64,000 nt of DNA from Armatimonadota bacterium (GTDB taxonomy: Bacteria > Armatimonadota > UBA5829 > DSUL01), in contig JBDHZC010000009.1 of assembly GCA_039811685.1 (NCBI GenBank), forward strand, positions 32,001-96,000, in the 5' to 3' direction. Each line of letters begins with the position of its first letter. Within the stretch, counting starts at the first letter, position 1. A program made the position numbers and the translations under genes. The notes below the pieces were generated by a model. The model did not search any database, was not told the origin of the DNA, and worked only from the letters and a program-made list of their open reading frames with translations. Below, one piece after another: positions 40,228 through 50,400 of the stretch.

Positions 40228-41520
40228 ATGAATCGCTCTCACAAGTTCCGGACCTTTCGCCTTGCCAGCCTGGCTATCGCGCTGATGGCTGCGGGCTCTG
40301 CATATGCGCAGGCGCCCTCAGCTTCACCTTCTTTTGCGCCGGGGTTTATCCTTGAGCGCTCTCCCAACATTGACGGCGTACGCGAGGCGGATGAGTGGAC
40401 AGTTTTTTCGACAGTGAAGACCGGCGATGGGGATGTGCTGGGCGCAGCGTCGTGGGATTCCGACAACCTTTACCTCATGGTTGAGGGGCCGGTTCTGTCC
40501 TCAGCGGTCGTGTATCTGGATGTCAAGATGGATGGATGGTTGAACGGTACGGACAATTACCAGATAACCGTCACGCCCAACGCGGACAAAGCTGATGTTC
40601 TGACTGAAGTGTACAGCTCTGATGCGCCTTCCCCCGCCACAGCCCTGACAAAGGTGGCCGTCGGCGTGCGCGCGGCTTCCAGGACAAGTGATGGCCGCAC
40701 GGTTGTGGAGATTGCCATTCCCAGGGATGGCCTTGCGGACCTGAAACTGGCGCCCAGGACGAAGGTGGGAGTGTCGTGTGGGGCGACGCTTGCCTCAGAC
40801 CCCGGCAAAACTTACCCTGCCGACCCGCGCGAGCGTATAGAGCCGCTTTTGCTCGTGAACGAGCTGAGCTCGGGCGTGGATGGGGTGAATCTGGAATTGA
40901 GAATCCGCGACCGGCGCGTCGTTCCCGGGCAGACGCTGAGCCTGGACTTTTTTGCCAAGAACACGTCTGAGCTGCCTCTCAAATACAACAACTTCGCGAT
41001 CGGCGGAGAGGCGCGCGTGGCTGATCTGGTGAACTACCTGCGCGTGCGCGGCGGTGAGCTTGAGGCAGGCAAGACGCTGAAGTGGGGCTATTCGACGGAC
41101 CTGCCTCAGACTATGCCCCTCGGAGCCTACGTGATGGAAGCGCGCTTCAACCTTGCGGACGGCCGCCAGGGTACGGTGCTGTCCAGCTTTGAAGTGGTTG
41201 AGGTACTGGACGCCAGTCTGGACCTGGGAAACGGCCCGATCAGCCCCATCAGTGAGCGCAAGATGTTCGTGGTTATCCGCAACAACAAGAATCGCTCTAT
41301 CAAGGGGACTGTAACCCTCAAGCTGCCCGCAGAGCTGGCGTCGGGGTTGGACCGCACAGAGGCGAAGTTCTGGATTCAGGCTGAAAATGAGGTGATCCGG
41401 GCGCCGTTCAAGTTCAAACCGAAGGAGCCTGTCGCCGCCGGGCATTATCCGGTGACAGCAGAGGTCTCAAGCGGAGACTTCACCCGGACGCTGGACGCGG
41501 TGCTGCAGGTGGGGCGCTGA
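40228..41520 (+). CDS. Secreted protein with CBM9/DOMON-like domain and Ig-like domains
   Basis: Signal peptide; PNIDG..EW, WD..NLY, VEIAIP; start uncertain (40186 or 40228). Confidence 0.65.
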   Translation: MNRSHKFRTFRLASLAIALMAAGSAYAQAPSASPSFAPGFILERSPNIDGVREADEWTVFSTVKTGDGDVLGAASWDSDNLYLMVEGPVLSSAVVYLDVKMDGWLNGTDNYQITVTPNADKADVLTEVYSSDAPSPATALTKVAVGVRAASRTSDGRTVVEIAIPRDGLADLKLAPRTKVGVSCGATLASDPGKTYPADPRERIEPLLLVNELSSGVDGVNLELRIRDRRVVPGQTLSLDFFAKNTSELPLKYNNFAIGGEARVADLVNYLRVRGGELEAGKTLKWGYSTDLPQTMPLGAYVMEARFNLADGRQGTVLSSFEVVEVLDASLDLGNGPISPISERKMFVVIRNNKNRSIKGTVTLKLPAELASGLDRTEAKFWIQAENEVIRAPFKFKPKEPVAAGHYPVTAEVSSGDFTRTLDAVLQVGR

Positions 41521-41544
41521 CAAGAAGAGAAGCCGGGAGCCAGA

Positions 41545-41618
41545 TAGCGGAGGTCGGACTCGAACCGACGACTCCACGGGTATGAACCGTGTGCTCTAAC
41601 CAACTGAGCTACTCCGCC
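41545..41618 (-). tRNA. tRNA-Met (CAT), elongator type; CCA not encoded
   Basis: GGCGGAGTAGCTCAGTTGGTTAGAGCACACGGTTCATACCCGTGGAGTCGTCGGTTCGAGTCCGACCTCCGCTA folds as a cloverleaf. Confidence 0.95.
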
Positions 41619-41697
41619 ACAAAAATGCCTCTGCTATAGGCGCCTCTTTGGCAGGCGGTATTATATACAAAACCGCACGCGGCCTTCAACAGAGGGC

Positions 41698-42093
41698 TCA
41701 CGACTCCCAGACAGACGTGGGTTTGGCGTCATCCAGAGAGCCGTCCGCAGGCATTGGCGTTCCCTGCTCATTGAAATGGATGGGGCGCTGGCAGAAGTCG
41801 CAATCAAACTCCGAGACCCCCACAAACACCGAGTTGGCGTTGTCACAGTAAGGACAGCGGATTTCGCGGCGCGGCGCTTTTTGCAGGTGGATCATCCAGA
41901 CAAAGACGCCAAACATCAATATCCCGCTCAGAACCATGAGTGGAACGGCCAGGAGCACCAGCGGAGCCATCAAGAACATGAGGAACCCGACGCCCATCAC
42001 CACGCCAAGCGGCTTGAGCAGTCCGTAACAACTGCGCTCAAGCTGGCGGATTGTGGCGAACTCTTTGCGCCAGATAACTGATACAGCCTTCAC
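41698..42093 (-). CDS. Two-TM membrane protein with C-terminal zinc ribbon
   Basis: GTG 42093 with AGGAG RBS; CPYC..CDFC. Confidence 0.75.
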   Translation of the reverse strand: MKAVSVIWRKEFATIRQLERSCYGLLKPLGVVMGVGFLMFLMAPLVLLAVPLMVLSGILMFGVFVWMIHLQKAPRREIRCPYCDNANSVFVGVSEFDCDFCQRPIHFNEQGTPMPADGSLDDAKPTSVWES

Positions 42094-42186
42094 ACTCTCT
42101 CCTGTCTTGCCCGCGATCTTATTGAGAAGAATTCTACCCTGCGCCCGGTGGGGTGTCAAACGAGCGGATAGGGAGGTGGTGAGAGG

Positions 42187-42318
42187 CGGCGGTTGAAACC
42201 GCATTGGGTTCGACGGTCACAGCCGGCGGTTGAAACAGTCGCGGAAGCGGCATCGGGTTTAGCGCAGCCGGCGGTTGAAACCGCGCCTGCGCAAACGAAG
42301 TCTGCCTTCGCAGACTAG
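42187..42318. repeat. REP-like cluster: three CGGCGGTTGAAAC copies plus AGTCTGC-CTTC-GCAGACT hairpin
   Basis: Copies at 42187, 42224 and 42269; GCGGTTGAAACCGC is self-complementary. Confidence 0.7.
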
Positions 42319-43496
42319 TGCGGAGTTGTTTCCAGTATTTGTTGCAGGGTGGCGGGGTCGGTTCTGTGGCCCATTTGCACCGCCAGGACAAACTCCAGAT
42401 TGTATCCTCTCGCGGATGGGCGCTGGCTGGAAACGCGGTAGCGTTTGTACGGCCTGTGAACCCAGGAGAGGCGGCCATGTTCCGACAGCATTGTGAGCAC
42501 GCGCTCCAGTGGAATCAGGCCGTCCGTCGAATAGCTCATCAGCACCCAGCGAGCCCTCAGACGGCCCAGAAGATCCCGCAGCGCCGTCTCCGCATGCCAC
42601 CGCCGGCAGTAAGCGCTGTTGCGCAGTGTGCGCCAGTCGCGCCGTATGGCCGCTTTGTGTCCGCGCTCACCCGGCGTTACCCGCGCCGGAATGGGCGGTT
42701 TATCCCACAGAGCTACTGTGTTGAGCAGGTGGTAGTTGGCGCCGTACTGGTGCTGGTTGTAGGGTGGGTCCAGATAGGCGATGTCGCAGTCTATGTGCGC
42801 TGCGAGTGTTGCGGCGTCTTCCTGAAACACCAGATTGTGCTCAGAGTTGTCCAGCAGCACAGGCGCGCGCAGCACCAGCGGCTCTTTTATCCGGTACCAG
42901 GCCGTCTGCGTTGCGCCACCCCAGCCCCGGTGGAACCCCTTGAATACACCGGAGGTGTTGGAGCACCAGCTCGTTCCCCACACCAGCGCGGCTGTCAGCA
43001 GGTCGCTTTCGGCTGGCGTGAGTTGTCCGGTCTCGGTGAGGTCGAATACGCGCTGGCGCATGGCATCCAGACGGCGTCCGTTGGCCTGTGTGAAGAACAT
43101 GCGCTCATGATCCAGGTCCGGGCGTTCATCGTCAGCCGGGCAGTAGTGACGGGCGATGTATCCGCGCTGTCCGGGAAGACTGTTAAGATAGCCGAAGGCG
43201 GCGTCCATGCCCCCCAGGGCTGCGAAGGCAGGCGGGCGATTGAGCGAGATATAGGTATTGTTGATGCAGCGGGTGTACGGCTCCCAGTCATTGGCTATCA
43301 CCCGAAAGCCAAGGCTCTTGGCCAGGCGGCTCACAACGCCACTTCCGGAAAAAGCGTCAAAGAAAACACCTGTGCGGAGTCCCGTAAGCGCAATAGCTTC
43401 CGAGATGAGATCGCGCAGCTTGCGCTTGTTGCCAATATAGGCGATGAGTTGGTCGGTAACGTAGTCCCGCGACGCCAGGCGCCGAGCCTCCGTCAT
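42315..43496 (-). CDS. Orphan N6-adenine DNA methyltransferase (D12/alpha class)
   Basis: YIGNKRKL, FDAFSGSG (motif I), YLDPPY (motif IV); ATG overlaps the upstream stop. Confidence 0.88.
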   Translation of the reverse strand: MTEARRLASRDYVTDQLIAYIGNKRKLRDLISEAIALTGLRTGVFFDAFSGSGVVSRLAKSLGFRVIANDWEPYTRCINNTYISLNRPPAFAALGGMDAAFGYLNSLPGQRGYIARHYCPADDERPDLDHERMFFTQANGRRLDAMRQRVFDLTETGQLTPAESDLLTAALVWGTSWCSNTSGVFKGFHRGWGGATQTAWYRIKEPLVLRAPVLLDNSEHNLVFQEDAATLAAHIDCDIAYLDPPYNQHQYGANYHLLNTVALWDKPPIPARVTPGERGHKAAIRRDWRTLRNSAYCRRWHAETALRDLLGRLRARWVLMSYSTDGLIPLERVLTMLSEHGRLSWVHRPYKRYRVSSQRPSARGYNLEFVLAVQMGHRTDPATLQQILETTPH

Positions 43497-44671
43497 TTGC
43501 GGGCCGCTTTGAGAACCGGAGACCATGTGGCGGAGGAGTTTGATCCCTGACCCCTGGTGAGGTTGAGCGTCTTGCCGGTCTTCATGTCGTAGCGCCATAG
43601 ATCGCCGCCAGACTCATACAGCATCCATTTTCCATCCGGGCTGAAGAGCGGGCGGTGAGCGTCTCCCTTAACAAGTTGACGCAGCGTGCCGGAGCCGTCC
43701 GCAGCGACCAGCCATATCCCCTCTGGAGTCTGCGTGAGGTCGGAGGCCAGCCTGATGCGCTCAAAGCCGATACTCGCTGCGTCAGCGGTGAAGGCGGGAT
43801 TGCGGAATCCGTCAGTCTTTGGCGACACGCTTATCAGCGCTCTGGCAGGCGCTTCAAAAGGAATGGGACCCTGCTCACTCTGCTGGGGATCGGGTTGGTA
43901 GATCGCCAGAAAGGAAGGACTCTGGTCTCCGATGCTTGCGACCGCCAGCGTGGAGCCGTCGGGCGACCAGCCGTACGTGCACTCGTTCACCAGCATTGGC
44001 GCGTTGGCGACATCCAGCAGAGTGCGCGTGACTGTCTGGTCGCCCAGTGAAAGGTAAGCCCGCTCTCCGATGAACAGATCGTCCTTCGCGCCGGAGCCCT
44101 GAGATGTTGCGGCGATCCAGCCGGTTTCAGGCGCAAAGACAGCGTTGGAATAGCGGCGCAGCGACGGTACGTCTGCTTCGTTGATCTGAATGGCTTCATC
44201 CGCGTGCGACGGGAGGACTTTTTCCAGACCCTTGCCATCGAACCCGCACGCAAAGACGTGGGAATTGCTGATGTAGCCGATGACGCCGGCTCCTGCGGAG
44301 ATATTTGACTGAGGCCCCTGCACGCTCAGCAGGCGACCGGAAGCGCGGCCGTCCGGGCGAACGCGCCCGAGCTGGTTGGTGTCTTTGGCATATTGAGCGG
44401 TGTAAAACACCCATTCTCCGCTGGCAGCGATTGCTGTTTCGCGGATTTCTCCTGGTTGGCCGACAACCTCTTTTGCTCCAGAGCCGTCAGCGTTCATACT
44501 CCACACCGCCGGTCCGGAGCCCCGGTCGCTGACGAAGAATATCTCGCCGGGCCGGGCAACTGAGTGTGTCCAGCCGCCCGCGGCCAGCCAGTTGGCCACC
44601 CAGATGAAGCCTACAACCAGCACAAAGGCAATCAGAATAAAAACGGCAAGGCTGCGTCGCTCTCTACTCAC
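43493..44671 (-). CDS. Membrane-anchored TolB-like beta-propeller (PD40) protein
   Basis: N-terminal TM; IFFVSDRG, MNADGSG, WSPDG, FSPDG, WSP. Confidence 0.82.
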   Translation of the reverse strand: MSRERRSLAVFILIAFVLVVGFIWVANWLAAGGWTHSVARPGEIFFVSDRGSGPAVWSMNADGSGAKEVVGQPGEIRETAIAASGEWVFYTAQYAKDTNQLGRVRPDGRASGRLLSVQGPQSNISAGAGVIGYISNSHVFACGFDGKGLEKVLPSHADEAIQINEADVPSLRRYSNAVFAPETGWIAATSQGSGAKDDLFIGERAYLSLGDQTVTRTLLDVANAPMLVNECTYGWSPDGSTLAVASIGDQSPSFLAIYQPDPQQSEQGPIPFEAPARALISVSPKTDGFRNPAFTADAASIGFERIRLASDLTQTPEGIWLVAADGSGTLRQLVKGDAHRPLFSPDGKWMLYESGGDLWRYDMKTGKTLNLTRGQGSNSSATWSPVLKAARK

Positions 44672-44686
44672 GTCACTTTCTCCGGA

Positions 44687-46294
44687 TTACGCTCGCGATT
44701 CCCTCAGCACACTCCCGCTCTGGACACCGGTGATTTTGTAGTCTCTCAGCGCAAACTCCCCGTTGACCAGCACGTGCTCAATACCCGCAGAGAGCTGATG
44801 AGGCTCAACGAACGTTGCCGTATCCTGCACGGAGACGGGGTCAAAGACGACGATGTCCGCTTTGCATCCGGCCTGCAGGCGTCCTCTGTTCTTTATTCCC
44901 AGACGGTCTGTAGCAAGAGAAGTCATCTTCTGAATCGCCAGCTCCAGCGGGATCACGCCCCGGTCGCGGACGTAGTGGGAGAGGATGCGCGGAAACGTCC
45001 CAAACGCGCGCGGGTGCGGCCTTCCCTTGCTCATCGGTCCACTGCAGGCGCGCGCAGTTGCGTCTGAACCAAACAGCGTGTATGGCGTGCGCATGACAGC
45101 TTCCACGTCCGTTTCCGACAGACAGAAGTGAACCATCCCGATTTCGAAATCCTCTTCAAGCAGGAAATCCAGCAGCGCGGGCACAGGCTCTTTGCCGAGC
45201 TTAGCGGCAATCTGCGCCATATTCAGCCCTTCCGTCCAGCGGTTTTGCTCTGTGCGCACTGAAGAGATGACGATGCTCTCCATCCCACCGGCATCATACT
45301 GATACCCGCCAGGCTCAAAGTCTCGCGTCACCTCCGCTTCAATCTGCGCCCGGGTCTCAGGGTCCGTCAGGCGCGCGCGCATAGCCTGTGCCCCTCCGGA
45401 GTGCGCCCAGGCGGGAATGGCCGTATCCAGTCCTGTGCTGGTGGCAATGTAAGGGTACTGATCCGCCGTCACATCTACTCCGCGAAAACGGGCCTGCTCG
45501 ATCAGTTCAAGCGCGCAAATGGCGTCTCCGTGGTTGGATTTCCCACAGGCTTTCAGGTGAGAAATCTGGACTTTTGCGCCGGATTTTTCTCCGATTTCGA
45601 TGGCTTCGCGAACGCTGTTCAACAGATCATCAGCTTCGCTTCGCATGTGAGTGGCGTAAATGCCCCCGCGAGCGGCCACCGGCTGACACAGCGCGACGAG
45701 CTCCTCAGTGGAGGCGTAGCAGCTCGGAGGGTAGATCAGGCCAGTTGAAAGACCGATCGCGCCCTCATCCATCGCCCGCGCAACGACGGACTGCATTTCG
45801 CTGATTTCTGAGGGTGTGGCGGGTCTGTCCTCTTCACCGACCACCTGACGGCGCACATTGCCGTGTCCGAGAAGCGTGCAGAAGTTGACACTCGATCCGC
45901 GCTCTTCCAGCACGTCCAGCATCTCGCCCATTTCCGTCCAATTGAGATCAATCCCCATCCGCTTCCAGGCGTCCTGCGCGCGCCGCCGGGCTTCGGGCCC
46001 GCCGATCGGAGCGTCTGAGGCTCCGCAGTTGCCATTGACCTCCAGCGTCATCCCCTGAGAGATTTTGCTCTCGCAGGTCGGGTTAACCAGCAGCGTCATG
46101 TCTGTGTGGGCGTGAAAATCCACAAAGCCGGGACAGACAACTTTGCCAGAGACATCCAGCAATTCAGCGCCGTCGCGCGGCCCTTCGTCCACCCAGGCTA
46201 TATCCTGTCCGGATAAGCGCACGTCTCCTCTGCGTCCTGCGCTACCGGTACCGTCCACAATCGTCCCACCCGTCAGAATTATGTCCTTGTGCAT
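44687..46294 (-). CDS. N-acyl-D-amino-acid deacylase (D-aminoacylase)
   Basis: PGFVDFHAHTD, GNCG, GLSTGLIY.P, HMRSE, SHLK, DQYPY, HPRAFGTFPR. Confidence 0.93.
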   Translation of the reverse strand: MHKDIILTGGTIVDGTGSAGRRGDVRLSGQDIAWVDEGPRDGAELLDVSGKVVCPGFVDFHAHTDMTLLVNPTCESKISQGMTLEVNGNCGASDAPIGGPEARRRAQDAWKRMGIDLNWTEMGEMLDVLEERGSSVNFCTLLGHGNVRRQVVGEEDRPATPSEISEMQSVVARAMDEGAIGLSTGLIYPPSCYASTEELVALCQPVAARGGIYATHMRSEADDLLNSVREAIEIGEKSGAKVQISHLKACGKSNHGDAICALELIEQARFRGVDVTADQYPYIATSTGLDTAIPAWAHSGGAQAMRARLTDPETRAQIEAEVTRDFEPGGYQYDAGGMESIVISSVRTEQNRWTEGLNMAQIAAKLGKEPVPALLDFLLEEDFEIGMVHFCLSETDVEAVMRTPYTLFGSDATARACSGPMSKGRPHPRAFGTFPRILSHYVRDRGVIPLELAIQKMTSLATDRLGIKNRGRLQAGCKADIVVFDPVSVQDTATFVEPHQLSAGIEHVLVNGEFALRDYKITGVQSGSVLRESRA

Positions 46295-46333
46295 CTCGAC
46301 AGAGGTTTATCCGCGCGTGACCGGCTTTCCTTT

Positions 46334-46422
46334 ACGGCCACTGTGGCCGACACGGCCGCTCTGGCCAACACGGCCACTCTGGCCGACACGGCCGCTCTGG
46401 CCAACACGGCCACTCTGGCCAA
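46334..46422. repeat. Intergenic 18-bp tandem repeat x5 (ACGGCCRCTSTGGCCRAC)
   Basis: Read directly; alternating A/B units give a 36-bp higher-order period. Confidence 0.95.
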
Positions 46423-46488
46423 AGCATCCAGTCGTCCGCTATGCTTCCACAGGCGCAGCTTGACAGGGCGGCCCGCAGGGAGATTTGT

Positions 46489-46902
46489 ATGAAAGCGTAC
46501 ACAGACTATCTCTGGTTCAACACGGAAAAGCAGAAGGAGTTTGTCAACATCACATCAGACTGTGAGCGGATACTGAGAGAGTCCGGCATCCGTGACGGGA
46601 TGATGCTGGTTTCGGCGATGCACATCACCGCCGGAATCTGGGTAAACGACAACGAGTCTGGAATTCTCGCGGACGCGATGGAGTTTCTGGAGCGTCTGGC
46701 TCCGTTTGACAGGGGCTATCGCCATCATCGCACGGGTGAGACCAATGGTGATGCGCACCTGAAGAATCTTCTGACGCACCATCAGGCGATTATTCCCGTC
46801 ACTGCCGGAACACTGGACCTTGGCCCGTGGCAGACGATCTTTTATGCGGAGTTTGACGGTCAGCGCCGCAAGCGGGTAGTCGTCAAGGTGATGGGAGAGT
46901 AG
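46489..46902 (+). CDS. yjbQ: YjbQ/UPF0047 family protein
   Basis: MHITA..ND.E, YRHH..GE.NGDAHLK, LGPW..IFYAEFDG.R. Confidence 0.9.
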   Translation: MKAYTDYLWFNTEKQKEFVNITSDCERILRESGIRDGMMLVSAMHITAGIWVNDNESGILADAMEFLERLAPFDRGYRHHRTGETNGDAHLKNLLTHHQAIIPVTAGTLDLGPWQTIFYAEFDGQRRKRVVVKVMGE

Positions 46903-47092
46903 CCTGACGTCTCAGGTGCGCTGTTGACGGGCTTCGAAGCGCGAGGTAGCGACGTCGAGCTTGTCGTGCCTGGCGCGAGCTCCGTGGCAGGTCTTCGGGC
47001 AGGAACAACAACGGCGCGGCGCGCTTGCGCCGGGTGAGGGCATCGGGTATTGTGCGTGTGACTTTCAGGAACTATGCAAAGGAGTAGCTAAA

Positions 47093-48928
47093 ATGGCTCT
47101 GCGTCCGCTCATCCCCCGCGAGATTCTCTTCGGCAATCCCGAGCGTATGAATGTGCGCCTGTCGCCGGACGGCTCGAAGATCGGGTACATCGCGCCCCAT
47201 GAGGGTGTGCTTAACGTCTGGGTGCGCTCGCTGGAAGGCGGCGACGACCGGCCGGTCACCTTTGACAAACACCGCGGCATTCACGCGTTTTTCTGGGCGT
47301 TCGACGGGGAGCGGCTCTGCTACATTCAGGATAAGGACGGCGACGAAAACTGGCATGTTTACGCTGTCAATATCCAGTCAATGGAGGCGCTGGATCTCAC
47401 GCCTTTTGAGAACGTACAGGCGCATATCATCTCTGTCCGGCCGGAACATCCGGACCGCATTCTCGTAGGGCTGAACAAGGAGGAGCCACAGCTTCACGAC
47501 GTGTACAGCGTCAACATCCGCACCGGTGAGTGTGAGCTGCAGGTGGAAAACACCGGCGACATCCTCGGCTGGGACGCGGACTGGCACATGCAGGTGCGGG
47601 GCGCGAGCGCGCAGACGGGAGACGGCGGGACGGACCTGCGTCTGTATCACGCTGATTCCGGCGAGTGGGAGACACTGCTGCATGCGCCCTTTGGCGAAAT
47701 GATAGGCGCGGTGGCTGTGACGCCGGATGGCGACGGCTTCTACATTATGAGCACGCTGGAATCCAACACCATGCGCATTCTGACTCTGGATTTCAGCACG
47801 AAAGAACAGCGCGTTATCGCCGAGCGCCCGGATGTGGATGTGGACGGTAGCGCGGTTATCCACCCCACCAGGCACCATCTCCAGGCTGTGTCCTTCACAC
47901 GCGCGCGGCAGGAGTGGATGTATCTGGATCCAGAGTTTGAGGCCAGCTTCAAAGAAGCGGCGCGGCTGCATCATGGAGATGCGGATCTCGTCAGCCGGGA
48001 CATTGAAGACCGCGTCTGGATTGTGGCGTTTTCTTCTGATACAGACCCGGTACGCTACTACATCTTCAACCGGCAGAGCGGCGAAGCGCGCTATCTGTTC
48101 AGTCAGAACTCCCGCCTGGAAGAGGCTCCTCTCACGCCGATGCAGCCTGTGGACATTGCCACCCGTGACGGTTTGACGATGGTGTGCTACCTGAGTCTGC
48201 CGCCCGGAGTGGAGCCGAAGAATCTCCCGCTGGTGCTCAACGTCCACGGCGGCCCGTGGGCGCGCGATGAGTGGGGTCTCAACTCGGAGGTTCAGTGGCT
48301 GGCGAATCGCGGCTATGCGGTTCTGCAGGTGAACTACCGCGGGTCAACGGGCTTCGGTAAAGACTTTGTGAACGCCTCCAACAAGGAATGGGGCGGCAAG
48401 ATGCACGAGGATCTGATTGACGCGGTGAACTGGGCGATTGAAAAGGGCTATGCAGACCCCGAGAAAGTCGCCATCTTCGGCTGGTCCTACGGCGGCTATG
48501 CGGCGCTGGTTGGCATGACGTTTACGCCGGAAGTCTTTGCCGCTGGAGTCGCCGGCGTTGGCATCAGCAATCTAATCTCCTGGTATCATACGATTCCTCC
48601 CTACTGGGAGCCTTACCGGGAACAGCTCAATTTGAGGGTGGGCAATGCGGACACGGAGGAGGAGTTTATGCGCTCGCGTTCGCCTCTGTTCAGGGTTGAT
48701 CAGATCAGAAATCCACTGCTGATAGCGCAGGGCGCCAACGACCCGCGAGTGCCGCGCGCAGAGGCGGACCAGATGGTGGAAGCGCTGCGCGCGCGGGGGA
48801 TTGCCGTGGAGTACCTCCTGTTTGAAGACGAAGGGCACGGATTTGCGCGCCCTGAGAACCGGCTGACATTTTACGCCTCGGCTGAGAACTTCCTGTCCAG
48901 AGTGCTCGGCGGGCGTGTGGAGGCCTAG
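47093..48928 (+). CDS. S9 family peptidase (dipeptidyl aminopeptidase/acylaminoacyl peptidase)
   Basis: VHGGPW, NYRGSTGFG, GWSYGG, QGANDPRV, DEGHGF; RBS AAGGAG. Confidence 0.94.
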   Translation: MALRPLIPREILFGNPERMNVRLSPDGSKIGYIAPHEGVLNVWVRSLEGGDDRPVTFDKHRGIHAFFWAFDGERLCYIQDKDGDENWHVYAVNIQSMEALDLTPFENVQAHIISVRPEHPDRILVGLNKEEPQLHDVYSVNIRTGECELQVENTGDILGWDADWHMQVRGASAQTGDGGTDLRLYHADSGEWETLLHAPFGEMIGAVAVTPDGDGFYIMSTLESNTMRILTLDFSTKEQRVIAERPDVDVDGSAVIHPTRHHLQAVSFTRARQEWMYLDPEFEASFKEAARLHHGDADLVSRDIEDRVWIVAFSSDTDPVRYYIFNRQSGEARYLFSQNSRLEEAPLTPMQPVDIATRDGLTMVCYLSLPPGVEPKNLPLVLNVHGGPWARDEWGLNSEVQWLANRGYAVLQVNYRGSTGFGKDFVNASNKEWGGKMHEDLIDAVNWAIEKGYADPEKVAIFGWSYGGYAALVGMTFTPEVFAAGVAGVGISNLISWYHTIPPYWEPYREQLNLRVGNADTEEEFMRSRSPLFRVDQIRNPLLIAQGANDPRVPRAEADQMVEALRARGIAVEYLLFEDEGHGFARPENRLTFYASAENFLSRVLGGRVEA

Positions 48929-48954
48929 TCTCCCACGTCACTCACCAGCGAGAT

Positions 48955-49518
48955 GTGAGCGGATCTGATCGTGGCGGTTGCTGTGGCGGTCTATTGCGGA
49001 TTGTACGGGAGACAGCGTCTGAACAAGTGCTGAGACATCAGTTCTGGGAGATTATTGAGCGCAGCAGAAGCAGCTATGCGGACTGTGCGGATCATGCGCG
49101 AAAGCTGAGCATCCTGCTGGAGGCGCTGAATCCGGAGGAGATCATCTCCTTTGACGCGCAACTGCGAGAGCTGCTGGTGCGGGCCTTCCGCTGGGATGTG
49201 TGGGGAGCGGCTTACATAGTGCTGGGCGGGTGCTCGGATGAGGAGTTTGAGTCTTTCAGGCTGTGGCTGATTGGTCAGGGTGAGGATGCTTTTGAGCAGG
49301 TTATCGCCGAACCCGAGGCCGTGCTGGAGTATCTGGCTGAAGAGGAACCTCCGCAGTGTGAAGAGCTGCTCTATGCGGCTTCCTGGGCCTATGAAAACCA
49401 GACAGGCCGCCCTCTGCCGATCCCCGAAGTGAGCCACCCGCTGGAGCCGGAAGGAGAGCCGTGGGACGAGGAGGACCTGCGTACGATGTTTCCTGATCTC
49501 TATGAAGCCTGCCGCTGA
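48955..49518 (+). CDS. DUF4240 family protein
   Basis: FWEIIE, W..WGAAY...GGCSDE.F..FR.WLI.QG; start uncertain. Confidence 0.82.
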   Translation: MSGSDRGGCCGGLLRIVRETASEQVLRHQFWEIIERSRSSYADCADHARKLSILLEALNPEEIISFDAQLRELLVRAFRWDVWGAAYIVLGGCSDEEFESFRLWLIGQGEDAFEQVIAEPEAVLEYLAEEEPPQCEELLYAASWAYENQTGRPLPIPEVSHPLEPEGEPWDEEDLRTMFPDLYEACR

Positions 49519-49640
49519 GAACACTCTCCGGCTGGACGGATTTCATCCGGGTACAGGCAGGGAAGCGCGGGGATTTGCCGAACCCATACGCTGTTTGTGT
49601 AAGTCATGCGAACAGCACATTTGCGTAAGGATTACTAACC

Positions 49641-50372
49641 ATGGGCGATATTCGAGTAACAGTCTGGCACGAGTTCCGGCACGAAAAAGACGGGCAGCAC
49701 CCTTCCGGCAAGATTTACCCGGAAGGCATGCATAAACCTATCGCGGACTATCTGAACGCGCAACCGGGCCTGAGCGCGCGCACGGCCACTCTGGATGAAC
49801 CGGAGCACGGTCTTACCGAAGAGGCGCTGGCCAACACCGACGTCCTGACGTGGTGGGGGCACATGGCTCACGGTGACGTGCGGGACGACATCGCCGAGCG
49901 CGTTGTGCAGCGGGTCTGGCAGGGGATGGGGCTGATTGTTCTGCATTCGGCGCACTTCTCCAAAGTCTTCAAGCGTCTGATGGGCGCTTCATGCGACTTG
50001 AAGTGGCGGGAAGCCGATGAAAAGGAGCGCATCTGGGTTGTGGAACCCGGACACCCTATCGCCAACGGTCTGCCTCACTATTTCGAGCTTGAAAAGGAGG
50101 AGATGTACGGCGAGCGCTTCGACATTCCACAGCCTGATGAGCTGGTGTTTATCTCGTGGTTTGAGGGCGGCGAGGTCTTCCGGTCCGGCTGCTGCTGGAC
50201 GCGGCAGAAGGGGCGCATCTTCTACTTCCGGCCCGGGCATGAGTCTTATCCCACCTATTACAATGAGACCATTTTGAAGGTTATCGCCAACGGCGTACGC
50301 TGGGCTGCGCCGCAGGAAGGCGCAGAGCAGGTGTACGGGCACTGTGAGCCGCTGGAGCAGATAGGCAGATAG
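49641..50372 (+). CDS. thuA: ThuA (trehalose utilization) domain protein
   Basis: [44 protein letters not shown]. Confidence 0.9.
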   Translation: MGDIRVTVWHEFRHEKDGQHPSGKIYPEGMHKPIADYLNAQPGLSARTATLDEPEHGLTEEALANTDVLTWWGHMAHGDVRDDIAERVVQRVWQGMGLIVLHSAHFSKVFKRLMGASCDLKWREADEKERIWVVEPGHPIANGLPHYFELEKEEMYGERFDIPQPDELVFISWFEGGEVFRSGCCWTRQKGRIFYFRPGHESYPTYYNETILKVIANGVRWAAPQEGAEQVYGHCEPLEQIGR

Positions 50373-50400
50373 GGAGCAGGGAAGGGGAGAGGCGGAGTTG

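Noticed and set aside
41545..41618. tRNA-Met as an integration site
   Set aside because: No adjacent integrase, and no duplicated tRNA 3' end seen in the window.
42187..42281. Possible mini-CRISPR (repeats ending GTTGAAAC)
   Set aside because: The core is only 13-17 bp, spacing is 37/45 bp and there are no cas genes; REP-like fits better.
46143..46492. ORFs with LWPTRP or TAALAN repeats
   Set aside because: They are translations of the intergenic 18-bp repeat and overlap real genes.
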